Source: Felis catus
Lineage: Eukaryota
NCBI RefSeq assembly: GCF_018350175.1
Contig: NC_058369.1
Coordinates: 4,154,001 to 4,218,000 of the forward strand
Length of the DNA stretch: 64,000 bases
Direction of reading: 5' to 3'
Shown: one piece after another, positions 1 to 12,600 of the stretch
How the letters are laid out: the number at the start of each line of letters is the position of its first letter
Position numbering within the stretch: position 1 is the first letter of the stretch
Position numbers and translations under genes: made by a program
Notes under the pieces: generated by a model
The model's input: the letters and a program-made list of their open reading frames with translations, nothing else
Told to the model about the DNA's origin: nothing
Databases searched by the model: none

Positions 1-1969
1 TGGTGCGAAAAATTTATTAGATTATTGTATTTCTGTGAGGATGAATGTTGACTAGATGGAAAAGGCGGTAAAAATTAGAAGATGTGAGGCATCTCGGTAG
101 GAATGCTTATGTGTGGGTTCCTGGGAGGCACCTCCTTTCTATAGTGGTTCTCAGATGTCTTCTGGTGGGTGCCTCCTGAGTCATCCTCAGGGAAGGAACC
201 TCTGTTCTCTGCTAGTGGAATGGATCCTGAGTATCCTTAGAGGTAGCAGACTGTCCTTGGAATGGAAAGTGTGATTCTGAGAAATGACTCTCATTTTGAT
301 ACAAATAGGGTATATAATTTTAGTTTTTGGCGTGAGTCTCATTCAGTGGCTTTCCTCAAAAGTACCCCAAACGCTAGAGCAGTGAGATGAAGTACTTACC
401 CTTCCTTGTTAGCTGCTGCTTCTTGAAGTTGGTTTTTCTCTCTGATTAGAAAATAATACATTCAGTCCCAAAAGCCTGGAAGTGTCTCGAGTGTCTGTCA
501 GTGATGGTTAAATAATTATGATTGATGGAAGTGGTATAGTTTAAGAACTAAGACCATTCAGTAAAGGTCTGCCACTTAATTTGTTGTGCGACCTTGGGCG
601 AGTTAGTTAACCTCTCTAGACCTCACTTGCAAAAATAATTGGTTTGGGGAAGATTGAAAAGATAAATGTTTCTTACCAGCTTAGATCCAAAGTCCTCATA
701 CTGGCCAAAGATCTGTTGAAACATGATCCACTCCATGATCCATGGCCACTCCTGTTGGGGACAGTCTTCTGTGGTTGATTTCTCCAACAGTACAGTAGAA
801 TAATCATGGCAAAGACCGTTTGGCCCGCAAAGTCTCAGATATTCACCAGCTGGCCCTTGACAGGACGAGTCTGCTGACCCTGCTTTAGAGCAGTGCCCAG
901 CATACAGCCGCACCATAGGGTCATTGCTGTTGTCGGTGTGAAATATTATCACCACTTCCGCTATTATAGTTATTACTTTTAATGTAATCACGTACATGAA
1001 CTAATTAGGTTTATAGGAATTAAAACAATCTCCAAGAGGAAAGTGAAGCTATGGCAGGGTACACAATGTGTGGCCACTTGTGCAGAAAAAGGACAGATGG
1101 TCTTGCACTCTTGGGAGCACACACAGACGATCTGGAGACAGCTGCGTCGGGAAGGAAGGAGTGGTGCAAGGGTGGCTTCCTAGCCAGATAAACGTAATAG
1201 CCGTACGTGTTCTTTAGCAAATACTTGAAACATTATTGTCCTCCCTAAAACATAACCAGCTTGGGGTGTTATGGCAAGCAGTTAAGATTATTTTGGTTCG
1301 CCCAGTAATTTTATGGATCTCCCTCATGTGTATGGGGAACCCCCACCTTATTGGGTAGAGCCCGCCTCTTAGAAGATCAGTCCACCAGTCGTTCTTCCCC
1401 AGCAGAGGTGCCTCTGGAGCACCTGACTTTGCAGTCCTGTGTTCCTATCCCCACACTCCACTTTGGAGATTGATGAGGCTAGGAGGCAGGTACTCAAGGG
1501 ATCCATCCCAGTCCAGGCCGGAGCCACCTTGGGGCAGCAGGCTCAGTAGCCGTAGCATTCAGGCTTGGAGAAGTGGCGGCCCGAGAAATCTGAGAATCCG
1601 TCCCGCAGTCTGGTTCTGGACATTGTTCATGGGAGAGCAGCCCCCGAACTTGGGGTTCCGACTGACTTGGGAGAGTCTGTACTACCTAATTTTAATCTCT
1701 TTTTAGATTAAACCTACTGTTTTTCCTTTTTCTTTTGGCTCGTGTCTTAAAGTCCTCACTGGTACCATTTTAGTGGGTTTCACGCTCTATCTGCAGGTAT
1801 ATACACTTGGAATGTTTCTTTAAACTGAGGTGAAGTCAAACTATAATGCTCTTTTGATTCCTGCACTGTGTCAGGAGTGATTTTCATCGCTGTTATTTTT
1901 CATTGTATGGGTGTACCGTTGGGTTACCCTGTATTGACAACATAAGCTGTATTCTCGTTTATTTTGCAG

Positions 1970-3616
1970 ATGGAGGACAAAGAAACTCTAAACAATTTAG
2001 ATACTTCATCATCTGACTTCACTATATTGCAGGTAAATTGTATGTCTCAATAATTTTAGAATCCAAGATGAGACTAGCATTTCTGGCAGCCACTTCAGAT
2101 GTTGTATGGCACTGCTAGGTACAAGGCATTGTGAGGTGTGTTTGTCCCTCTGGCACCTTCAGAGAGGGTTTTACTTTCCACTTTCTCCAAGTACAATGTG
2201 CCTGTTGCAAAGGACTCCTCGTCTTTCCTTCCCCTTCGAGCTCCGTGGCTTCTGTACAGCCAAGAGGAGGGCCCGTTTGGGAAGGTCTTGTTGGTTTCAT
2301 TGCCGGCGGAAAGACCACCTGTCTGATCTGTTCTGGGTGGTGTCCTCTGTTGGGTGAGATGGGGTGGGGGTGGGGGGGCCGAGGGGAGCACTCCCTCCCT
2401 AGGAGAGATTCTCGGGGTCCAGATGAGGATGCAGGAGGGGTGGGGTGGCCAGAGCAGTGACGTCACAGCTGGGAAGGGTGGAACCTCGGGGGTTCTGGTT
2501 CCGTCTACGGGAATTCTCTCACAGCAAATGCAGAGCTTTATTTTGACGACTCTATCATCTTGACTGTATCGTCTGTGTAAATATTAAATCTTAGATGAGA
2601 ACAAATGAGATGTGGACTGACTTTCAGGTAGGATTTCCATACATGTGGGTCTTGAGTTTCCTTTTAATTTTCCAGCAAGCCTGCCTAGATAAAAACTGCT
2701 GGAATAAACTTATGTGGGAAGCTGTCTGATTTTCATTGGAAAATTTTGCAAGGAAATAAAAACATAGTATGTGCCAGTTTTTGTTTTTTGGGGTTTTTTG
2801 GTGTCATTTTTCATTTACCTGTACTGCTTAATTAGAAGCCGTCCTTCAGACACAATCCCCATTTGCTTCTGCCAGGCAGGGGCAAGGGTGGTTATTGGCA
2901 AGCCAGAATCCCAGCTGCGAGGAGGGTGCAAACCTCAAGAAAGTGCGGTGGAGCCCAGTTTACCTTTAGTCCTGATGTCTCGCTGCAGCTGCAAAGTGAT
3001 ACCACCCGTTTCCTGGCTCCGAAAGGAAAGGAGGAGCCGGGTCTTGCCATTTGCTCTAGTTTTTTGTTTTTTGGGTTTTTTTGGTCAAAGACTCCCGTGT
3101 TAACGTGGAAAATATATAAACCCTTCCAGAGACAAATAGAGGTACATTAATTTCTTTCTGGAGAAAGTTAAGGAGAGAATTCTGTCTAGAATGATCTTTG
3201 GCTTTAGTTGTAGGCTTAATTCCCAGGGTGGGGTACGTTGCATGAAAAAAAATACATAAAACGAAACAGAGAAGTGAACAGTTCCACAGTGCTTTCCCGG
3301 ATGGCAGACTAGTTCCCAGTGGAGGTGCAGACCATTCCCCTCCATCCCACAAGCATGTGTCAGGTGTGTATACAGAGATGAATGAGAAGAAAGGGTGGTC
3401 ACCATCTTCCCGGAGCCCTTCCTCGCCATGGGAAGTACCTCAGCAGGGTCGAGCAGAGACCAGGACTGGTGTGGACTCCCACCCACACAGCCATTGCTTA
3501 GATTCTGGCTGTGCTGTGTGTCCTTGAGGAAGTTTGTCAGTCACTCTGTGCCAGTCTCCCTGTCTGTGAAAAGAAGTTTGATACTGATAGTTCCAACCTG
3601 TTAGGATTGTCTGATT

Positions 3617-3679
<63 letters not shown>

Positions 3680-6600
3680 TGTTTAAATTTGTGCGTGGAA
3701 CCTAGTCGGTGCTCCTCAGTATTGCCTAAAGTCCAGAATGACCGGCCTTACGCAGAGGGAATGTCAGTGTGGAGGACCGCATGTTGACAGAGGGGCTCTT
3801 CCATAGTGGGCAGCCTCTGAAGCCATTAGGAGAAGCCTTTCTATGAAGAGATGGCCCCCAAGCCAAGTGCTGAGGGAGGTGTAGGACTCGCCTGTGGGTG
3901 GGGCGGGGACACGTGGGCCTGCTGGCGGAGAGAGGGTGTGGGGGCCATCGCTGAAGGCTTTAGGCCAGGAGGAACTGTATGCTCACCATGGCGGTAAAGT
4001 GCAGGCATATGGGGAAGGGATAGTGAGACCAGATGCTGTTGTAGGTGAGGAGTGGCCATGGTCTGGACGGACAGGGCTTTCTGGGAAGGGTTTGAAGGCT
4101 ATTTAGGGATTAGAGGGGGCCCCGTGGCAACGCTGGTTGGAAAAGCTGGGGCGGGGGGGGGGAGTAGCGTGTAATGCTGGACAGCACTCAAGTGACAGGC
4201 AGGCAGAGGTGAGGTAGTAGGACCACGTGAACTAAGAACAGAGGTCCAACCACCTGTACCTATGTTCCCTCACGCTTCTGAATTTTTAGAAATTAGCGCT
4301 ACGTTGAGTGAAATGTCAGGCATTCTGTTACACGCCACAAGTAGACAAAAACACCGCTCTCTTGGCTTTTAAGAGTTCAGTCTAGGGGGACCGACAAGCC
4401 GTGATGATGTCATCACCACTGAAAGTGATACGATTGCCAGGTGCTGGGGAAACAAGGCAAAAGAAACAGTATCCGCAACCAGGGCCGAGGCCCCTGGAGA
4501 GTAGCCTACATTGGGGAGCTTGGGGCGGAGGGGAGGGAGGTGGCGTGTCTGAGGGCAGGCTCTTTCCTGAATGCGCGAGCAGGTTCTCCACCTGGTGCAG
4601 TTGTGAGTTTCCTAGTCTGTACTTCAGAAATCCCCCCTTTTAGTTAGTTTCCAGTGTAAATGAACTAGATTGCGTTCATCTGGCACAATCTTATTTATGT
4701 TTTTTGTTGCAGGAAATTGAAGAGCCATCCTTGGAGCCAGGTACTGTTAAATGAAAAACTTACCAGCGGGGGTTTGGAACCATTCTAGCTTTCCACCTTC
4801 TCTAATTTAAATTCTTTAATTTTAAAAAGTTGCCTTACTGTAGTATACATTGTTCTAAAGGTTTACGATCCAGAACATACCAGGATCATAGAGATTGGAA
4901 ACCCAGCCATATCACCAGATCTGTGAAAGTGGCTGACTTCTCATTTTACAAACTGTATTGGTGAGATGAGACTATCTCATGCCTTTTTAAACGTAAACGG
5001 CATTTAAACACGTAGAAAGAGTTTGCATGCCTCTCAAGAGCTAATAACCTCTGCACCCCACAAAACAGATCTTGTGATATTGGGCAGTGTCTTAACTTTG
5101 TGGTTTTTAATTCAGGCAGTGCAGGTAGCTGTAGGGAGATGCGTTTTAAAACATTGAGACATAACTGGATTCCAGAAGAGGAAAGAGTTTCTTCATGAGA
5201 ATTCCAAACAAATACCGTTCACTTTCTGGACTGCAAATATCNNNNNNNNNNNNNNNNNNNNNNNNNNNNNNNNNNNNNNNNNNNNNNNNNNNNNNNNNNN
5301 NNNNNNNNNNNNNNNNNNNNNNNNNNNNNNNNNNNNNNNNNNNNNNNNNNNNNNNNNNNNNNNNNNNNNNNNNNNNNNNNNNNNNNNNNNNNNNNNNNNN
5401 NNNNNNNNNNNNNNNNNNNNNNNNNNNNNNNNNNNNNNNNNNNNNNNNNNNNNNNNNNNNNNNNNNNNNNNNNNNNNNNNNNNNNCGGCTTACTGTAGCA
5501 GTCGGTTGGAGCGCAGGTAGTGTAACCAGTGTAACTTTGTGTACCCGCGGGTTTTCCAATCTCTGTGTAGCTAGCGGTTCTCTTCGTGTTAGCGTGGCAG
5601 CCGNNNNNNNNNNNNNNNNNNNNNNNNNNNNNNNNNNNNNNNNNNNNNNNNNNNNNNNNNNNNNNNNNNNNNNNNNNNNNNNNNNNNNNNNNNNNNNNNN
5701 NNNNNNNNNNNNNNNNNNNNNNNNNNNNNNNNNNNNNNNNNNNNNNNNNNNNNTGGAGCAGCCCTTTGCACAGGATACAAGTAGCGTGGGGCCAGACAGA
5801 AAGCTTGCGGAGGAAGAGGACCTTTTTGGCAGCGCCCATCCGGAGGAGGGTGACTTAGATTTGGCCAGCGAGTCAACAGCACGAGCTCAGGCGAGCAGGG
5901 CAGACACCCTGTTAGCGGTAGTGAAAAGGGAGCCCGTGGAGCAGCCGGGCGATGGCGCGCGGACGGACTGTGAGCCTGTAGGGCTAGAGAAGCCAGTTGA
6001 GCAGAGTAGTAAAGCCTCAGAGCACACGGAAGCCTCTAGCGAGGAGGTCGCGGAAGCGCCCCAGGAAGCCTCAAGCCCAGACCCCAGAGATAGCAAAGAA
6101 GACGTGAAGAAGTTTNNNNNNNNNNNNNNNNNNNNNNNNNNNNNNNNNNNNNNNNNNNNNNNNNNNNNNNNNNNNNNNNNNNNNNNNNNNNNNNNNNNNN
6201 NNNNNNNNNNNNNNNNNNNNNNNNNNNNNNNNNNNNNNNNNNNNNNNNNNNNNNNNNTAAGCTGTTTTTTCTGCAATTGGCCAGCCAGACTGATGCAATT
6301 GTAGTTTACTTCTAAACGATGTTTTATTTCTCTTTATTTTAAACTGATTACATAATCTTTTTTCTTTTCTCAACCTATCATGGTTGTTTTCTTTAANNNN
6401 NNNNNNNNNNNNNNNNNNNNNNNNNNNNNNNNNNNNNNNNNNNNNNNNNNNNNNNNNNNNNNNNNNNNNNNNNNNNNNNNNNNNNNNNNNNNNNNNNNNN
6501 NNNNNNNNNNNNNNNNNNNNNNNNNNNNNNNNNNNNNNNNNNNNNNNNNNNNTTTGAGTTTGTTTCCTCTCTGCTGCTTCCTTCTGGAGTGACATTATCT

Positions 6601-9600
6601 TTTGTCTCTAGTTCTGTCGAAGATGACTCGGATACAAAAAGGCTTTCCAAAGAGGAAAAGGGTAGGTCACCGGGGCGACCCCAGTCTCCTGGAGCATGTT
6701 GGGCCTTGGCAGCAGTGGGGTATCTGCTTCCGGTTCGTTGCATATGGTGTTTCTTTCCCAGATGTGCTTTGGGGCCTCTCGTGAAGCCTTTCTCCCCTCC
6801 TCTGCTACTCATTTGCAGGTTCTGGGTTATAGAGGGCAGGACAGGTCCTCAGAGTTAACCTGTCGATCGGAAGCAGACACTTGCTTTCGAGGGAGCACTT
6901 TGAGCTCATCGATCCTGACTGGCCCTCTGATTTGCAGACTTCCTTAGCCTCAGTGATACTTGTAAATGGGAATAAATGTTCTGACTTCAGCTATCGTGGG
7001 GTTATCTAGTACCTCAGGTTTATCAACAGCTTCGCTCTCTATTAAAATCGCTAACGGAGACGACGTTTTGTTGGTTCGGATTCCTTCTTAGCAGTCTAGA
7101 AGAAGAAATCCAGATGAGGCATAGGTGGGAAGGTATATATGACAAGAAGGAGAAGCATCTGGATTGGGTTCATCCTGATAGCAGCTGTTCTATGGGCAGA
7201 AGCCACTCCACCGGGCTGCCTAGTGCCATTTGGCGACTTTCTATGTGAACCAACCTCCCACGTTCCTGATAGCCCCTGGTTCAATGCTGTTAAACTGGCT
7301 TTGCTCACCACCCTGGTAGACCTGGTGTGCGTTTCCCAGCGTTGTGTGAGGACGCGGCAGGCCCTCCTGTCTTAGCCGGCTTGGGTTGTGCTGGCATCTG
7401 GGAGAAGTGGGGAAGTGTCTGGTTTGGAATGACTTTAGTCTTTAAGACTTAGGATCTCGTGAGTGTGGTGGTTTTGACCAGACTTTTCTTTTGAAATAGG
7501 TCGTAGCAGTTGTGGTAGAAATTTCTGGGTTAGCGGACTTTCTTCTACCACCAGAGCCACAGATTTGAAGAATCTTTTCAGCAAATATGGGAAGGTAAGA
7601 CCAAGGGGTCATCGAGGAGAGAAAATGTTTTTAAGCCAATGTAGTACGGCCTTTACATGCAGATGATTGTCCCCTCTCGGGGACTGCTTTGAACGACGCC
7701 ATGCCGTTCTTTGGCTCATGTTTGCTCACAGCCTGTGGCGGGTCTGTCCCTCTACCGCTCGCGGTGAGAGAGGTGGAAGCTCCCAGAACCTACGCCTGCT
7801 CCGTATTGTTTCTCCCTTTTCCCGGGCCCCAAAGCCACCACGTAAATTTTAGAGGGTTTTCTAAATCTGTTTCTGTGGTGTTGAGTCTTCAACTTCAGCA
7901 GTGGTGGCAAAGGGCAGGGTGGGGAGGTGCTGTCAGCACTTCTGCGAGATGGTGGTCACTGTGGAACTGGAGGAAGGCTGTAGAAAGGGGTTGTAAACAG
8001 GGCCTTTAGGGTCAGACTGGTCTGGGCAGCTGTGGGCCCAGCTCTGCTGCTCACAGTCGAGTGGCCGGGAGCACGTCATTTCCCCTGTGTGAGCTCCCGT
8101 CTGCTTGAGGGCCCTCAGAGGTGCTGGCTCCTTCGGATGGTGTGTGTAGCTGTTGCAGAGCTGTTGGTGCCCCGGCCCGTGTCCCTCAGCCCGCCTGCTT
8201 TCACCCACAGCCGGGCTACTTCTCCTCTGCCTGATTCCCCTCCTCGCTCAGCCCAAGAGCGGTGGCCATGATGGATAGAGGCACCCGCCTCCCCCACCCC
8301 TCCAGGCCGGCTGCGGTTCCGTGTTTGACTTAGAGTACCTGCGTTAGCTCTCTTCCCTTCTCTTTTTCACCACCTCCCCATGTGCTTTCTAGATTCACCT
8401 CCTAAATAAACTGCTGCATCCAGGGTTCATTTTCTCAGAGGTAGCTTTTGGGGCAAGCCAAAGTGAGACTTAAGCACAGGCCTCTGTTTATAGTAAGGAT
8501 TCAACAATTTATAGCGGAGAAAACCAATAGTATTTGCTTTGGTTATCGATGTCTGGGAACCAAAAAGAGTGAAATTAAATATGATGGGGTTGTAGAAATA
8601 ACTAATGATTCCCTGGGCCTCGGTAATGCGTGGTGGGCCTCTTTCACGATTCCCCTGTGGCCCAGATGGGTACTCTCAGCAGGGACATGTCACCTTGGAG
8701 CCTGCAGTGTCTTGGGTTCGTTCTCAGCTTAATGTCCTTGAGTAGGGACAGCCCACTCGGAAACTCTCTTGGGTCTGAGTGTCCGTGTGGCATAATGAGG
8801 GTGAATACTGGCTTATGTGGGACCTCCCCTGAGCCAGAGTGCCTAACCTTAACTTGCCAGGGTCACTGGGAGAAGTAAGTAGTGTGCAAAGATGTGGCTC
8901 TCATGCCAGAAACCTCTCCTACCGAATTTTGTCATCGCTCGGAGTAAGATGGGTTTAGCGTCCTTACGTCAGTCTCCACGTGCACATCTGTCTTCCTGCT
9001 TCACTGCCCACACGGCTAACGGAATGACAGCTGAGGTCTGATCCCCAGAGGGAACGGCCGGAAGTGGGGCAGATCCACAGAGTCGTCCCAGTGAGGCAGT
9101 AGCGTCATCCTCCCTAGTTGTTATGTGCCACTTGTCAGGCACCGGGTGACGGGGCGTCGCCCACAGTCCTCGTTCCAGGGCAGGTGCCGGGACTCATGCA
9201 TCAGAGGAAAGCAGCGTGAACGGGGATGTCCTGTGCGTTTCACGCAGCGGGTGTTGGGGGTCTGTGAGTGGGGGCTTTGTGTCTGAGTCCCGTTCGTGTG
9301 CTTTCCTTTGAGGTGGTGGGCGCTAAGGTTGTGACAAACGCCCGGAGTCCTGGAGCTCGCTGCTATGGCTTTGTTACAATGTCCACAGCAGAAGAGGCCA
9401 CAAAATGCATTAACCACCTGCACAAAACAGAGCTCCACGGGAAGATGATCTCCGTGGAAAAAGTAAGTGGTGGTTTTCTTACCGGGATGTGACCCTTTGA
9501 GGAAATAAGGTAATACTTGCACTTGATTCTTTTTTTCAGGCGAAAAATGAACCAACTGGGAAGAAAACTTCTGAGAAGAGAGAGGGTGAGGGGAAGAAGG

Positions 9601-12600
9601 AGAAGTCCAGCACCAGTGACAGGTATCGCTCTTCTCTGAGGGAACTGTGGACAAGATGGCCTTTCTACGTTTCGCATCCTGCACGTTTTCCACGGACAGG
9701 GAGACCGCAAGGCCTCCCCTTCCTTTAGTTTATACTAACGTTTGGTGGAGGGGGTTCACCTTCAGTAGCTCCCTGAGAGGATTCCTTCCTTCAGCCCCTC
9801 TTCCCAGGGTGCTTGGGGAGAGCAGGCGCCTCCCCTTGTCGGGCCTCGTCCCGCTGACGCCCAGGCAGCCTCCTGGTCACGTGGCGCTCACTGCAAGAGT
9901 CTCGTCGTGGCTGCTTCGCTGCCTAAATGTTGGACGTAACGTGCGTCTGTTCTGGGATGTCATTTGTAGATCTGCGAACCTCAAGAGGGAAGATAAAGCT
10001 GATAGAAAAGAGGACACTAAGAAGGGTGAAGACGTAAGCGGAGAAAAGAGTAAAGATCAAGATGATCAGAAACCTGGCCCCTCGGAGCGATCTCGAACCA
10101 CAAAATCAGGTGCTGTCACTGGTGATGTCACCCTGTGCTCTGTTCCCGGCTGGTGTGGTTTACGGTTTGCTGTCAGCAGTGCATACTAGATTTCTTTTTC
10201 ATAGAGAGAAATCCTTTTTGTCTAATCTGGGAGTTTTCTGTTTCTTCCATTACACAACTCCTTTCTTCTGTAGGAAGTCGAGGAACCGAGCGGACCGTAG
10301 TGATGGATAAATCTAAAGGGGTGCCTGTTATTAGTGTCAAGACTTCAGGATCCAAAGAGAGAGTGAGTATCAATTTTCTAACTAGAGTATTTAGTGTTTC
10401 TCTTATTTCACTTATTTATTTTTTTATTCTTAAAGTTTATCTTGAGAGAGTGAGAGCAGGGGAGAGACAGAATCACAAGCACACTCCGTCCTGTCATCAC
10501 AGAGCCTGACACAGGGCTCGAACTTGCAAAACATGAGATCATAACCTGAGTGAAAATCAAGAGTCGGACGCTTGATTTCCGGTGACTGATCCACCCAGTT
10601 GCCCCCCAAAACGGAAAGAGTTTAAAAGCTTTTGTTTGTGCGTAACTTTGTTCTGATGAGAATTTTTGTTTTCTTATTACCTAAAGCTAATTTTAAAGTT
10701 CAAATGTGAACTAAAGCCATGACAGAGTTAGAGCACTGTTTCATAAAATTAAAATATGGGAATAGTTGGCTTCCCCCACCCGAATCCACATGTAGGTGGC
10801 CATTTTCATGGTCTCCCTTGAAAGTGGTGGCAGCTCTCCATCACACATTCCTAAACTCCTATGTAACCCAGCTGGGGTTTCATGCCCTTCTGAGTTGGAT
10901 CTCCACTTGGGCTCGGTCCCGTGTTCTTTCTCCACGCAGATGCTCCAGAGAACACAATTCACAAAGTACCTGTCTTGGGTCCTTACCATTTCACTCTGCC
11001 TGCTGTGAGGGCTTAGGAAGCTGTCAGTGTCCCTAACTTCACTTTTTGGGTCTGGCAACTTGGATAGATATGAGGCCAGGGTCCTCAAGACCACCCACAT
11101 TCACCAGTTCACCCTCAGGGCCACGGGGCTTGGCCTGTGATGGTCCTCACAGCTAAGATTGCCTACAGTGGTGCAGTAAGGATACACAGCCCAGTCATGG
11201 GGGAAAAGACACAGAGTCCAGAGAGGACTTGTGCAGGCTCCCTCGTGCTCTCCCCTTCGTGTGGCCTATGCTCTTGCCCAGGGAAGCCCGTTAGCCTGTT
11301 AGTGTCAGCACCCAAGGTTGTTATTTGGGGGCTGGTTACCTAGACGTTCTGCTAGATATATACCGAAATTTGTGACTTCTAAGAGGAAAGCAGGTGTTGA
11401 GCAGAAACCACAGTGGGCACAGTCTAGGCACAGTGACCACCCTGGGACTGTCAGCTGGAGACACTCTGAATGCCAGGTTCCTAGGCGCCAGCCTCGGGCC
11501 TGCCATGTTACCCTGTGCTGTGAGATGGCGCTCGTTTTGGCTATTGCAAGCCAGTGTTCCAGTTCTGCAAACTTCCAGCGTGCTTATTTTTGTGCACATG
11601 TTATAGTACATGTGTCCTCTTTTACAGTTATTTTATGTAAAATGAGTGGAAAATGGCAAAATGGAAGTATGAGTTCCAGGGCTAAGATGGGTAGATCTCA
11701 TAAAGATAACACAGTCACACAAATCAGGAATCCTCTGCTCTACTAGAGGTAGCCATGGTTGGGCACTCACTGCATGTTTAATTAGGAAGGAAAAGAACAG
11801 GGGTAAAGAGTTGAGAGTAAGGAGTTTAGTTTATGTTATGTTATTTTTTCAATGTTTTACTTATTTTTGAGAGAGAGAGAAACCGAGTGCAAGCTGGGGA
11901 GGGGCAGAGAGAGAGGGAGACACAGAATCCGGAGCAGCTCCAGGCTCCGAGCTGTCAGCACAGGGCCCGACATGGGGCTCCAACCCATGAACCACGAGAT
12001 CATGACCTGAGCTGAAGTCGGACGCTCAGCCGACTGAGCCGCCCAGGCACTCCAAGGAGTTTATTTTAATTTTTTTTTTAATGTTTATTTATTTTTGAGA
12101 CAGAGAGAGACAGAGCATGAACGGGGGAGGGGCAGAGAGAGAGGGAGACACAGAATCTGAAACAGGCTCCAGGCTCTGAGCCGTCAGCACAGAGCCCGAC
12201 GCGGGGCTCGAACTCACGGACCGCGAGATCGTGACCTGAGCTGAAGTCAGCCGCTCAGCCGACTGAGCCACCCAGGCGTCCCTCCAAGGAGTTTATTTTA
12301 GATGAAGAAGACCAAGTATTAAAAAAATTGGTTTTGGGGCACCTGGGTGGCTTAGTTGGTTGAGCGTCTGACTCTTGGTTTTGGCTCAGGTCATGACCTC
12401 ACAGTTTGTGAAATCGAGCCCCTGTTTGGGATTTTCTGTCTCCCTGTCTCTCTCTGCCCCTCCCCTGCTTTCATTTCCTCTTTCTTAAGATAAGTAAATA
12501 CATTTTTTTTTTAAATTGGTTTTCATCATCTAAAAAGTTTTAGAGAGATAATACTTCTATTTTGACCCTGTTGAAAATTCTCGTTGGATATTTTGGCTTG

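Noticed and set aside
4401-4422. GTGATGA..CTGA resembling C/D snoRNA boxes, within a near-palindrome GTGATGA-TG-TCATCAC
   Set aside because: No terminal D box at a suitable distance and no closing stem; at most a CRE/ATF-like site.
5146-6812. Long ORFs containing X runs
   Set aside because: Artefacts of N-gaps; only 5754-6115 and 6612-6661 are supportable coding sequence.
12069-12282. tRNA-like A/B box sequences
   Set aside because: They are Can-SINE heads, not tRNA genes.
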